DNA of 15,122 nucleotides from an uncultured Deferribacteres bacterium (GCA_964014485.1 CAXHAT010000190.1:1-15122); one strand, 5' to 3'. Positions 1 through 8,248 are shown, numbered from the stretch's first letter. Program-made: numbers and translations. Notes: generated by a model not told the origin, from the sequence alone.

Positions 1-32
1 TCATTCAGCTTGTGGCTGAATGACGGCCTTTT
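1..32. terminator. Probable intrinsic terminator hairpin, truncated by the window edge
   Basis: TCATTCAGC (1-9) pairs perfectly with GCTGAATGA (15-23) around a 5-nt loop and is followed by CGGCCTTTT. It lies about 40 bp downstream of the stop of the minus-strand 893-aa gene. The left arm probably continues before base 1. Confidence 0.5.
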
Positions 33-42
33 GCTCTTGGAA

Positions 43-62
43 AGCATTATCCAGCATGACAA
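43..62 (-). repeat. Solo, highly degenerate REP-like unit
   Basis: The minus strand reads TTGTCATGCTGGATAATGCT. It is 16/20 identical to the 4084-4103 copy, shares its first 11 nt with the 8297 copy, and lies immediately after a stop codon. Confidence 0.35.
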
Positions 63-63
63 A

Positions 64-2745
64 TCATTTCAACAAAACCGCCTTTCTCACTTGTTTGAAC
101 TCTCCATCGACATCCATTTTGACGAAATAAACGCCCGAGCTATACGTGGAAGCATTCCAAGATAAATAATGCACGCCCGCTTGCATTTTCCCATTGATCA
201 GTACTTCGACGAGTCGTCCATTGGCGTCATAAATTGCGATATAAATTTCACCGTCTTTCGGAAGGTCAAACTGAATTTGCGTGACTGGATTAAATGGATT
301 GGGATAGTTTTGGTGCATGGCAAAAGATTTCGGCAGATTTGACGTTTGATCGCCGACGTAAACTGTTGGGTTTTGAATAACTTGCTCTGCCACGTTTCTT
401 TCTGTAAAGCCTTCGTTGAGACGCAACTTGCTGATATTAATTTTGGCGGAGCTGCGAGCGTTGTCGATGATTCGGAAGCGTATTATAGCCACTTCCGCGT
501 TCTCCGGCACATCGCCTATTCCGGCAAAACGGACAACGCCGTTTTCAAAATTTGTTTCGGCTTGAAAAGCTCCGTCCGAGATACTCCAGTTTATTTCTTG
601 CGCTTCCAGAGCAGATTCGTCGAAAGAGAGTAAACCTTCCAAGCCGCGCACGTTTTTGGCTTCTGAGAATTGAAGAGGCACATCGATTAGGTTCCCATCA
701 ACATGCAGTGGTTCTCCAAAAACCACGTTTGCTGAAGCAAGAAACTCATCTGTATTCGTTGGAACAGGCAGACTGTCAATTTCGCCGACAACAAAACTCA
801 AAATAAAAGAAGCGTCCAAAGTAGAGAGCGTGCTGTCCAGCGAAACGTCAGCGTTGAACCATTGCTGCGGATCGAGATCGGCTGTCCCAACAAGATTTTT
901 GAGAATGAGCGCAGCATCGAAAGCTTGTTTCGTTCCATTCTGGTCAACATCCCCGTAAACTGGATCATAGAGCACGCGAATGCCGCCGGAAGTTATTTGT
1001 ACCGGCAACTCGCCTGTGTCGAAAACAGCGTTCGTCAAGTTTACGGGAATAAAACCAGCAGCATTCTCGGCGACAATAAATTCGAGTTTGAGGAGATTCC
1101 CTTCGCTGAAAATCGGGATCGCTCCCGCTCCGGCAATGCTTAGAGTTGAATCGGTCAAGTGTGTGGCGATAAGCCAGTCAAGACTATCTAAAAGCGTATT
1201 TTCAATATTGAACAAAGTGTATTGCGCCAAATCGTGAAAGCCTTCAAAGTAGAGTTGAAAGGAATTGATCACAGCGTTGTCGGGAAAATCCACGAAAACA
1301 CTGAGGCTCACGGTATCTCCTGGACAGGCTTCTTTCGTTTCGACATCGACGAAAGTGTTATTGATTTGCATTGACTCTAACCTGATTCCCGCGATATAGA
1401 CGTCCCATTCGTGGTTTGTCGTTAATCCGAAATTGCCCCAATCGAGCGTATCAGCAAAAAAACCGCTGATAAATATATTCTCGAGGTCTCGAGAAATTTT
1501 CGAATCAAACTTGGTTCCGTTGCCGCCGCTCTGAATAAATCCAATGATATTGCCTGTTCTATCGTAATGAATTACATAAGCGTCGTTAGCCGGGCCGGAT
1601 TCGACTTCGAGCGAATCGAACCGTGCAACGTCCGCGAATGACCCGGTTACAAATACGCCGCCGTTATCGCCAACGGCCAAGCCTGTACCTGTATCATGCC
1701 AGCTTCCACCGCCTGACTTTGCCCATATCACTTCTCCTTTTGCGGACAATTTCGCAATGAACATGTCCGAGCTATCTGGAGTTGCAGGAAAGAGTTTGCC
1801 TATGGCGGGTGAGACAACCAAAAATTTGTGAAACGTACCTGTCATGAAAATTTCATCGGCGGCATTTGTTTCTATGTCGTTTGCGATCGCAAATAAGCCG
1901 TCTTCAAATTGACGCGCCCATTGACGCTCGCCTGATGAATCAATTTTGGCAAGCCATATCGCGAACTTGTCTGATGACAGACTGTCCGGGCCAAACTGGA
2001 TCGCCCCCTTGAAAAGCCCCGAAAACACAACTCCTCCGTTTTTATCGGCATCAAGAGCGATAAGCTCATCTACTCGGGTGCTTCCTCCGGCGACGCCCCA
2101 CAATACGTTGCCTTTTGCATCATATTTAACTACAGCCAAATCGCCGCTGCCAGCGTAGTCAACAAGCAAGCCGGAAAAAAGCGCATCACCTGAAATAGTC
2201 GCTCCCAAGACCACATTGCCAAAAGGATCAGTTGCGACATCATTTACGTGATCGCCTTCTGCGCTACCGCCAGTGCGAGCCCAGGCAACTCTGCCGGAAG
2301 GATCGAATTTTGCCAGAAATATGTCTCTTTCTCCTGAACTGTCGAGGGTGTCGTCATCAGCAGCAATCCTGCCGGAAAAAGAACCAGCAACGTAGAAGTT
2401 GTTTTGACCATCTACAGCAATGCTTCCTTCTTGGGCGCTCCCATCCCCACCGATTTGATCAACCCAAAGTAATTCTCCCGCTGCAGTGTATTTAGCGATA
2501 AAAATATCCGGACCGTTCACAATGGGTCGAAGCTGAATTCCTCCGAAATCCAGCTCGTGCGAAAAACCGCCGACAACAAAGACGTTACCGTCACTATCCG
2601 TCGCGACGTCTTCAGCAAAATCATACGATTGAGAACCAATCGAACGCGCCCACTCTACATTGCCCAACTGCCCAATTGCAGAAGAAGCGGCCGTCAAAAG
2701 TGCAATAATTGTGATGGAAAGTAATTTGTGTGTGGAATTTGACAT
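64..2745 (-). CDS. Secreted SBBP beta-propeller protein with cohesin-like, dockerin type I and second cohesin-like modules and a C-terminal FlgD-Ig/T9SS type A sorting domain
   Basis: Signal peptide at about aa 1-25. Seven ~60-aa repeats (D.A.D..GN..V.G.F....DIF.AK....G...W) at about aa 30-455. Cohesin-like beta-sandwich at aa ~465-591. Dockerin duplicated EF-hand-like segments YGDVDQNG...DA.LIL and NADVSLDS...DASFIL at aa 597-661. Second cohesin-like region at aa ~672-795. LPKSFAMHQNYPNPFNP...SGVYF...K.VLLK tail at aa 804-893. Confidence 0.88.
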   Translation of the reverse strand: MSNSTHKLLSITIIALLTAASSAIGQLGNVEWARSIGSQSYDFAEDVATDSDGNVFVVGGFSHELDFGGIQLRPIVNGPDIFIAKYTAAGELLWVDQIGGDGSAQEGSIAVDGQNNFYVAGSFSGRIAADDDTLDSSGERDIFLAKFDPSGRVAWARTGGSAEGDHVNDVATDPFGNVVLGATISGDALFSGLLVDYAGSGDLAVVKYDAKGNVLWGVAGGSTRVDELIALDADKNGGVVFSGLFKGAIQFGPDSLSSDKFAIWLAKIDSSGERQWARQFEDGLFAIANDIETNAADEIFMTGTFHKFLVVSPAIGKLFPATPDSSDMFIAKLSAKGEVIWAKSGGGSWHDTGTGLAVGDNGGVFVTGSFADVARFDSLEVESGPANDAYVIHYDRTGNIIGFIQSGGNGTKFDSKISRDLENIFISGFFADTLDWGNFGLTTNHEWDVYIAGIRLESMQINNTFVDVETKEACPGDTVSLSVFVDFPDNAVINSFQLYFEGFHDLAQYTLFNIENTLLDSLDWLIATHLTDSTLSIAGAGAIPIFSEGNLLKLEFIVAENAAGFIPVNLTNAVFDTGELPVQITSGGIRVLYDPVYGDVDQNGTKQAFDAALILKNLVGTADLDPQQWFNADVSLDSTLSTLDASFILSFVVGEIDSLPVPTNTDEFLASANVVFGEPLHVDGNLIDVPLQFSEAKNVRGLEGLLSFDESALEAQEINWSISDGAFQAETNFENGVVRFAGIGDVPENAEVAIIRFRIIDNARSSAKINISKLRLNEGFTERNVAEQVIQNPTVYVGDQTSNLPKSFAMHQNYPNPFNPVTQIQFDLPKDGEIYIAIYDANGRLVEVLINGKMQAGVHYLSWNASTYSSGVYFVKMDVDGEFKQVRKAVLLK

Positions 2746-2941
2746 GACTTAACCCCGCAGTTTTTGGTGGAGATGATCAGAAATGCAGTAGGAGAATTTA
2801 AAAGAAAAGCTTCAAAATGCGAGTTTTTTTTATGAGAGTCATTGCGCTAACAAATATTACATTCACTACTCTCGGATAATCCCCAGCCCCAGAACGGTCA
2901 TTTTGCTAACAGACGAGGTACAATGAAGTACTGCGTTTTCA

Positions 2942-4048
2942 TTACTTTCTGTTCTTCATTCGCTCAAACAAAGTCAAATACTGCTCCATCACTCGATCCC
3001 AAGTGTAGTTTTCTTCGATGCGTTGGACGGCGCGTTGGCGGGCTTGTTGAATTTCTTCAGGATTGTCAATCAAGTACTGCATTTTCTCGGTAAGATCAAT
3101 TTCACCGTTGCCGTTGAGATTAAAAAAATACCCTGCATCCCCGAGCACCTCGCGGTGTTCCGGCACATCGTTCGCCAATACGCAATTTCCGTGTCCCATC
3201 CCTTCAAGCAGAGCCGGGTGCGTTCCTCCAACTTCGGTTCCTTGAACATAAAAAAGTGCGTTTGACTGGAACTCTCGATAACCTTGCCCAAAAACATAAC
3301 CCGTAAAAACAATGCGCGGATCATTGGTGTTTTTGACTTCGCGAATAAAATCCGAGCTATAAGGCGCGTCGCCGACCATGACCAATTTCATGTCGGTTTT
3401 GACTTTCTCAAATGCGCGCACAACCCGATGCGGATTATTTTCCGGCTCGAAACGACTAACGTAAAGCACATATTTTCCAGGCTCCACGCCAAATTCTTCC
3501 AGAGCATTTGTCGTCTTCACTTTGCCGGTCGGCGCGCCGTACGGGATGAAAGTGGATTCAGCTTTGAATTTCTCCTGGTAGTATTTTTCGATGTCTCGCG
3601 CATCAGTGACGATCTCATTGGCGGTGAAAGTGGCCAGCCATTCGGACATTTTGTAGAACCATTGTCCCAGAATATTCCACTTGGCGCGCTTCCATTCCAG
3701 GCCGTCAACATTGATCGCCACTTTCGTTCCGCCCAGACGCGGAATCCAGGCGAAGGCCGCGTTGGCGCTGTTGCAGACGAGAATGACGTCGAAGCGTTCT
3801 TTGAGCGAATGCAGCGAGCAGAGAAATGTATTGGCGACAGTGTCGAGATATTTGTGACTGATCGTCGGCAGGAGCGTGATGCGTACGCCTTTGTAATATT
3901 TGTCATCATATTCGACGGTGTTCGAACGCCCGTAGACGGTGACGTCATGCCCGGCGCGCACCAGTCGCGGGGCCAGTTCTTCGGCAAAAGTCTCAAAACC
4001 GCCATAGTTCGCGGGAATGCCGCGAATGCCCAGGATTGCAATTTTCAT
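2942..4048 (-). CDS. Glycosyltransferase family 4 (GT-B fold, DUF1972-type N-terminus)
   Basis: N-terminal IAILGIRGIPANYGGFETFAEEL motif, RFEPENN, and the EX7E motif (EVGGTHPALLE) of retaining GT4 enzymes. Confidence 0.92.
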   Translation of the reverse strand: MKIAILGIRGIPANYGGFETFAEELAPRLVRAGHDVTVYGRSNTVEYDDKYYKGVRITLLPTISHKYLDTVANTFLCSLHSLKERFDVILVCNSANAAFAWIPRLGGTKVAINVDGLEWKRAKWNILGQWFYKMSEWLATFTANEIVTDARDIEKYYQEKFKAESTFIPYGAPTGKVKTTNALEEFGVEPGKYVLYVSRFEPENNPHRVVRAFEKVKTDMKLVMVGDAPYSSDFIREVKNTNDPRIVFTGYVFGQGYREFQSNALFYVQGTEVGGTHPALLEGMGHGNCVLANDVPEHREVLGDAGYFFNLNGNGEIDLTEKMQYLIDNPEEIQQARQRAVQRIEENYTWDRVMEQYLTLFERMKNRK

Positions 4049-4083
4049 TTTCTATTTCTGATCGCTCAGACCCCGTCACCAAG

Positions 4084-4103
4084 AGATTTGTCCAGAATGA
4101 CAA
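4084..4103 (-). repeat. Solo degenerate REP-like unit
   Basis: The minus strand reads TTGTCATTCTGGACAAATCT, 17/20 identical to the unit TTGTCATTCTGAAGGAATCT at 8370-8389 (minus). It is intergenic, just after a stop codon. Confidence 0.55.
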
Positions 4104-4108
4104 AGGAG

Positions 4109-5161
4109 CTAGTTCGCGATTTCAGATGTTTCCGTTAGATTATTTACTTTTCTACGCAGCGTTCGCTTGAGATCGCTGTTGATGTTTTCCAACCCGACGT
4201 CATTTTGAACCCGGAAATTGAGCATCCCGAGTTCCAGTTTTTTCACTCGATAAAGCGTGTCTTCAGTCAGTCGCCTGTTCCCGGCGATCAAATCCGCCGC
4301 AAGGCCGATAAAGAAAAACAAAAAACCGACGACGATTAGAATCGAGCTTAGAATCAAGGATTGTACATGCCCGCCCCCGTCGAACACGACCTGCTTGTAG
4401 AGAAACGTAACCGGCCTGTATAAACCGGCCGCGACAAAAAGCGCGCCGACAAATGAAAAAATGCGCATCGGTTCGTACATCGCATAAATCCGGAAAATCG
4501 TTCCGGCGCTGCGTCCGATATATGACGGGATGCTCTTAAACAAACGCGACTCGCGCAGCTTTTTATTGGTTTTTATGGGGACGTGCGTCACCGCGATGTT
4601 CTTGCGACCAGCCTGGATAATCGTTTCCAGCGTGTAAGTAAATCGCGAAATAACATTAAGGCGAAGCGCCGCTTCACGGTTGAAAGCGCGAAAGCCGCTT
4701 GTCGTGTCCGGAATGTCCGTCCCGGATACCTGGCGCACAACCCAGGAGCCGAGGTGTTGAAGTTTTTTCTTTATTGTGGAGAACTCAGCGACGTCATCAA
4801 TCTGGCGATCGCCGATGACCATGTCCGCTTCATTGTTTAGAATTGGTTGAATTAAATCCGGAACGGATTCGCCTGAGTATTGATTGTCGCCGTCGGTGTT
4901 GACGATAATGTCCGCGCCGAGCTTAACCGAAGCGTCCAAACCGGCCAAGAATGCAGCGGCCAACCCTTTGCGATTCGTCATGTTGACGATGTGATGCACG
5001 CCGTTTTCACGCGCTACTTGCACCGTGTCGTCCGTGCTGCCGTCGTTGATCACCAAAATTTCAATTTCATCAACGCCGGGAATGCTTTTCGGCAAGTCAT
5101 TGAGCGTTAGCGGAAGCGTTTTTTCTTCGTTAAGGCAGGGGATTTGGATAATGAGTTTCAC
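4109..5161 (-). CDS. Glycosyltransferase family 2, DPM1/GtrB/ArnC-like polyprenyl-phosphate glycosyltransferase with two C-terminal TM helices
   Basis: IPCLNEE, NDGSTD, an intact DxD (TDGDNQY, nt 4886-4894), DTTSGFRAF, and a hydrophobic C-terminal hairpin. The GTG start overlaps the upstream TGA stop (GTGA at 5158-5161), which indicates translational coupling. Confidence 0.9.
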   Translation of the reverse strand: MKLIIQIPCLNEEKTLPLTLNDLPKSIPGVDEIEILVINDGSTDDTVQVARENGVHHIVNMTNRKGLAAAFLAGLDASVKLGADIIVNTDGDNQYSGESVPDLIQPILNNEADMVIGDRQIDDVAEFSTIKKKLQHLGSWVVRQVSGTDIPDTTSGFRAFNREAALRLNVISRFTYTLETIIQAGRKNIAVTHVPIKTNKKLRESRLFKSIPSYIGRSAGTIFRIYAMYEPMRIFSFVGALFVAAGLYRPVTFLYKQVVFDGGGHVQSLILSSILIVVGFLFFFIGLAADLIAGNRRLTEDTLYRVKKLELGMLNFRVQNDVGLENINSDLKRTLRRKVNNLTETSEIAN

Positions 5162-6198
5162 TCGCCAATCACCGTTTCAATGTTGTATTCCTGGATGTCG
5201 CGCGCATGCGTATAGATGATCATTTCCCCAATCAGGCCGATTGAAATCATTTGCAGGCCGATGACCAACAGCAAAGCGCCGAGCAAAAGCAACGGTCGCC
5301 CGGCTATCGCGCCAAAGCCCATGATGCGATAAATGAACAAGTAGAGGTTCATACCCGCCCCGGCCAACGTGAACACCATGCCGAAAAAGCCGAGAAAATG
5401 CAGGGGTTTTTTGGAGTATTTTGTGAGAAAAAGTACAGCCACGATGTCTAGTGCGCGCTGAATGTATTCGGTCGGATAACGGGATTGCCGGAACCGCCCG
5501 GCCAATTGTTCGATTTTTTCTTCAGTGACGCGGTAGCCTTTATTCGCGGCCAGAATCGGCAGGAAAATATTGAGATTGCCGTAGAGCGTTAGATTGTCCA
5601 AGACGTTGCGCCGCGTGACAAAAACGCCGGAGTGGACGTCGTTCAGTTCGACCTTAATCAGCTTGCTCACGATCCGATTAAACCAGCGGGAAACGTTTTG
5701 ATTGAGCTCAGAATCTTTGCGTGGTTCACGCCAGCCAACGACGAGATCGTAGTTGTCATCAAGTTTCTCAAGCAAGCGCGTCACAGTTTTGAGATTTGGC
5801 CGAACGCGCGCGGCGGCGTACAAAATAATCTCGCCTTTTACATGCTTCAGCGCCGCGTCCAGAGCGCTGGCTTCACCAAACGCATTTCTCATCCGAATGA
5901 GTTTGATGCGTTTGTCTTTTTGGGCGATAACGTCGAGCAAATGCCAAGTGGAATCCGTGCTGGCGTCATCGACAAAAACCGCTTCGAACGGGTGACCGTA
6001 GGCGTTTAGACCTTCAATAAGGTCTTCATAAAACCCGTCAACGCTTTCTTCCATATTTTGAATCGGAATGATCACGGAAAGAACCGGTTTCACCAAAGCT
6101 CTCTCCGAATTTTCGGCAGGGATGGAAGGCGCAGCTACTGGCCCGTTGCCTTCTAATCTTTCTTTCTCAAGGCTGATTGTTCCGGAGTTGTCTGTCAT
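5158..6198 (-). CDS. ArnC/GtrB-like GT2 family membrane protein with a degenerate DxD motif
   Basis: SVIIP, VDDASTD, DLVVGWR..RKD and two C-terminal TM segments align colinearly with the 319-aa paralog. MDGDLQND is replaced by AAARVRPN. A GAAGAG RBS-like sequence precedes the ATG. Confidence 0.88.
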   Translation of the reverse strand: MTDNSGTISLEKERLEGNGPVAAPSIPAENSERALVKPVLSVIIPIQNMEESVDGFYEDLIEGLNAYGHPFEAVFVDDASTDSTWHLLDVIAQKDKRIKLIRMRNAFGEASALDAALKHVKGEIILYAAARVRPNLKTVTRLLEKLDDNYDLVVGWREPRKDSELNQNVSRWFNRIVSKLIKVELNDVHSGVFVTRRNVLDNLTLYGNLNIFLPILAANKGYRVTEEKIEQLAGRFRQSRYPTEYIQRALDIVAVLFLTKYSKKPLHFLGFFGMVFTLAGAGMNLYLFIYRIMGFGAIAGRPLLLLGALLLVIGLQMISIGLIGEMIIYTHARDIQEYNIETVIGE

Positions 6199-6270
6199 GT
6201 TGCTCTTCGTTTAAAACGGAACTTCTAAAAACGCGCTCCGCGACAAGTCATCTGCTTCTTATTTACTCAC

Positions 6271-6546
6271 TGATGTTACGCGACTAACCAATGATTTAGC
6301 ATTTGACTAAAAACTTTGCTCTACATGTCATTCCTGTCCCCGCCTGCGCGAGGATAAACTCCGGCAGGAATCCAGAAAATGGTGCACGGCCACTGGATTC
6401 CTGCCGGAGTTTATCCTCGCGCAGGCGGGGACAGGAATGACCTTAGAAAACGTTTTGGAAGTCAAACAGCACTATTTTCAATCACAATACTCGACTCTGC
6501 CGGAAATCAATCTACGGCATGTGTTATTGGCAAGTGCGTAACATCA
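6271..6546. mobile_element. MITE-like non-autonomous element (~276 bp) with ~24-bp imperfect terminal inverted repeats and a 7-9 bp target duplication
   Basis: Left end TGATGTTACGCGACTAACCAATGA (6271-6294) versus the reverse complement of the right end TGATGTTACGC-ACTTGCCAATAA (6524-6546); the outer 11 bp are identical. Flanks are TTTACTCAC (6262-6270) and TTTACTCAA (6547-6555). Confidence 0.75.
6327..6441. repeat. Perfect 49-bp inverted repeat with a 17-nt loop (REP-doublet/REPIN-like palindrome)
   Basis: GTCATTCCTGTCCCCGCCTGCGCGAGGATAAACTCCGGCAGGAATCCAG (6327-6375) is the exact reverse complement of 6393-6441. The GTCATTCC...GGAATCCAG frame resembles dRS3/REP-like short palindromic repeats. 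Confidence 0.95.
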
Positions 6547-6551
6547 TTTAC

Positions 6552-7511
6552 TCAAGAGTATTGCTGAACGTCATAAAGTCGTTCGTCGCGCTTCTCGCCG
6601 CTCTGAACGACCATTTGTCCCACTAGCCCGAAAAACACAAAGTTGGCGGCAGCGGCCAAAGTCAGAAATATCAAGGAGCCCTGAATATTCAGCTCTTCGG
6701 CGATAAGCTCGTTCCCGAAAAGCAGCGTCCCAAGAAATCCTAATGTTGCCAGCATCGAAAAACCCAAAAAACCGCAAGTGAGTGCGCCAAAAAAGTGCAG
6801 CGGGTTGGTCAAGTATTTCAGCAACAGATTCAGCGTCGTCAAATCCATGATCACGCGAAACGTTCGGGTGATGTTATACTTTGACTCGCCAAACTTGCGC
6901 TCATGATGATCGACCACGATCTCGGAAATTCGTGCGCCTTCGATGCGACCCAGCGCCGGGATAAACCGGTGCATTTCGCCGTAAAGTCGAATTTTTTCAA
7001 CGACGTCTCGGCGGTAAGCTTTTAGCGAACAACCTGTATCATGTAAGGTCACGCGCGTGGTTCTGCGGACGATCCAGTTGGCGATCTTGCTCGGCACTTT
7101 TCGGATAATCAGCTTGTCTTTCCGGTTCTTCCGCCATCCGCTGACAATGTCGTGGCCTTCGTTTTCCAGCTTCTCAACAACGGCGGGAATGTCCTTGGGA
7201 TCGTTTTGTAAATCGCCGTCCATCGTAACGACAACTTTGCCCTTCGCCGCCAAAAACCCGGCGCCCATTGCAGCGGATTGTCCGAAGTTTTTGCGAAATT
7301 TAATGACTTTAAGATGCTCGTCGTTGCTCGCCAGCCGTTTCAAAATCGGGAATGTTTGATCCGTGCTGCCGTCATCGACGATGATCAATTCGTACGGCCT
7401 TTTGTAGGCGCTCATCGCCGAGGTTACTGCTTCATAAAGCGGCGTTACAGATTCTTCTTCGTTCATCATCGGCACGACAACTGAAATGTCGAGCGTTGGC
7501 GCGTTTTGCAT
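6552..7511 (-). CDS. Glycosyltransferase family 2, ArnC/GtrB-like undecaprenyl-phosphate glycosyltransferase
   Basis: VVVPMMNEEE, VDDGSTD, NFGQSAA, intact MDGDLQNDP (DxD at nt 7212-7220), VSGWR, LHDTGCSLKAYR, LYGEMHRFIP, HHER..G.SKY and two C-terminal TM helices. Confidence 0.93.
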   Translation of the reverse strand: MQNAPTLDISVVVPMMNEEESVTPLYEAVTSAMSAYKRPYELIIVDDGSTDQTFPILKRLASNDEHLKVIKFRKNFGQSAAMGAGFLAAKGKVVVTMDGDLQNDPKDIPAVVEKLENEGHDIVSGWRKNRKDKLIIRKVPSKIANWIVRRTTRVTLHDTGCSLKAYRRDVVEKIRLYGEMHRFIPALGRIEGARISEIVVDHHERKFGESKYNITRTFRVIMDLTTLNLLLKYLTNPLHFFGALTCGFLGFSMLATLGFLGTLLFGNELIAEELNIQGSLIFLTLAAAANFVFFGLVGQMVVQSGEKRDERLYDVQQYS

Positions 7512-7595
7512 AAACTCGTTTTAAAAATGCGGTTTTCTGAAATGGAAATTGAACAGAATCGACGCTCGTACAACGGCGAGCCATTGTATTCTGAA

Positions 7596-8159
7596 CTAAG
7601 GAGAGCCGAACCTTTTCTTGTTCAATCTTCTGCGCCAAATCGTTGCCACGAGGGCGACTGGCGTCAAGATTAACAATTCCTTAGCGGCTACAAAGAGGTT
7701 TTGCAGACTAAAAACGCTTTGGAAAAAAGTCGAAGAATCGGAGGATTTGTGGACGGGACTGAAAAAGGCGCGGGATGACATAAACCAGTCTTCGCTGAAC
7801 GGCCAGAAAAGCATGACGCCGAACGGCGGCCGACCGTCTTGATTGAAAAAATCGAGCAGGTTGTGAGAATAGTAAATCAGACCGACAAAAAGAAAGTAAC
7901 GCCAAAAACCGCCATATTTACGCGCAAAGAACCATCCGCCGACAACGCCGACAAAGAGCGCCGCGCCAAGCGTATGCGTGTAAGTTTGGTGGTGTAGATT
8001 TGGATTTCCGACCAACAGACCCGGTAAAAAATCGATATCTGGAAGATTGGCAAGTATGACGCAAAAAAGGACGTCCCGCCACGTACGGCCAAACAGCGGT
8101 AAGGTCTGGAATTGTCTTAAACTGAACCCCAAAAGAGAATGTGCGACTGGGAGCGGCAT
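7596..8159 (-). CDS. Inner-membrane metal-dependent hydrolase (YdjM/DUF457-like)
   Basis: N-terminal PVAHS, LPDID, H..YTHT, SH.LLD and G..LFWPFS motifs, with several TM segments. Confidence 0.85.
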   Translation of the reverse strand: MPLPVAHSLLGFSLRQFQTLPLFGRTWRDVLFCVILANLPDIDFLPGLLVGNPNLHHQTYTHTLGAALFVGVVGGWFFARKYGGFWRYFLFVGLIYYSHNLLDFFNQDGRPPFGVMLFWPFSEDWFMSSRAFFSPVHKSSDSSTFFQSVFSLQNLFVAAKELLILTPVALVATIWRRRLNKKRFGSP

Positions 8160-8248
8160 TTTAGGCGTTGAGTTTCTCTGGCTTCATTTGGTACAAAAAG
8201 AAAAAAACGTACTGTGCTTGCATGCGATCGCAGATAAAATATTCACTA

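Noticed and set aside
3284..4138. 284-aa + strand ORF
   Set aside because: It is an antisense shadow of the well-supported GT4 gene and has no recognisable motifs.
6327..6441. CRISPR array, tRNA or riboswitch interpretation of the long palindrome
   Set aside because: There is no repeat-spacer periodicity, no cas gene, and no cloverleaf or aptamer motif. It is a single perfect foldback. An assembly artefact is less likely because it is nested within independent outer TIRs and a target duplication.
6379..6567. 62-aa + strand ORF (MVHGHWIPAGVYPRAGG...)
   Set aside because: It is a translation of the palindromic repeat and MITE, a typical spurious repeat-derived ORF.
6552..7511. Assigning the gene symbol arnC
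   Set aside because: No arnA, arnB, arnD or arnT neighbours are present. The family is clear, but the donor sugar cannot be determined from the sequence.
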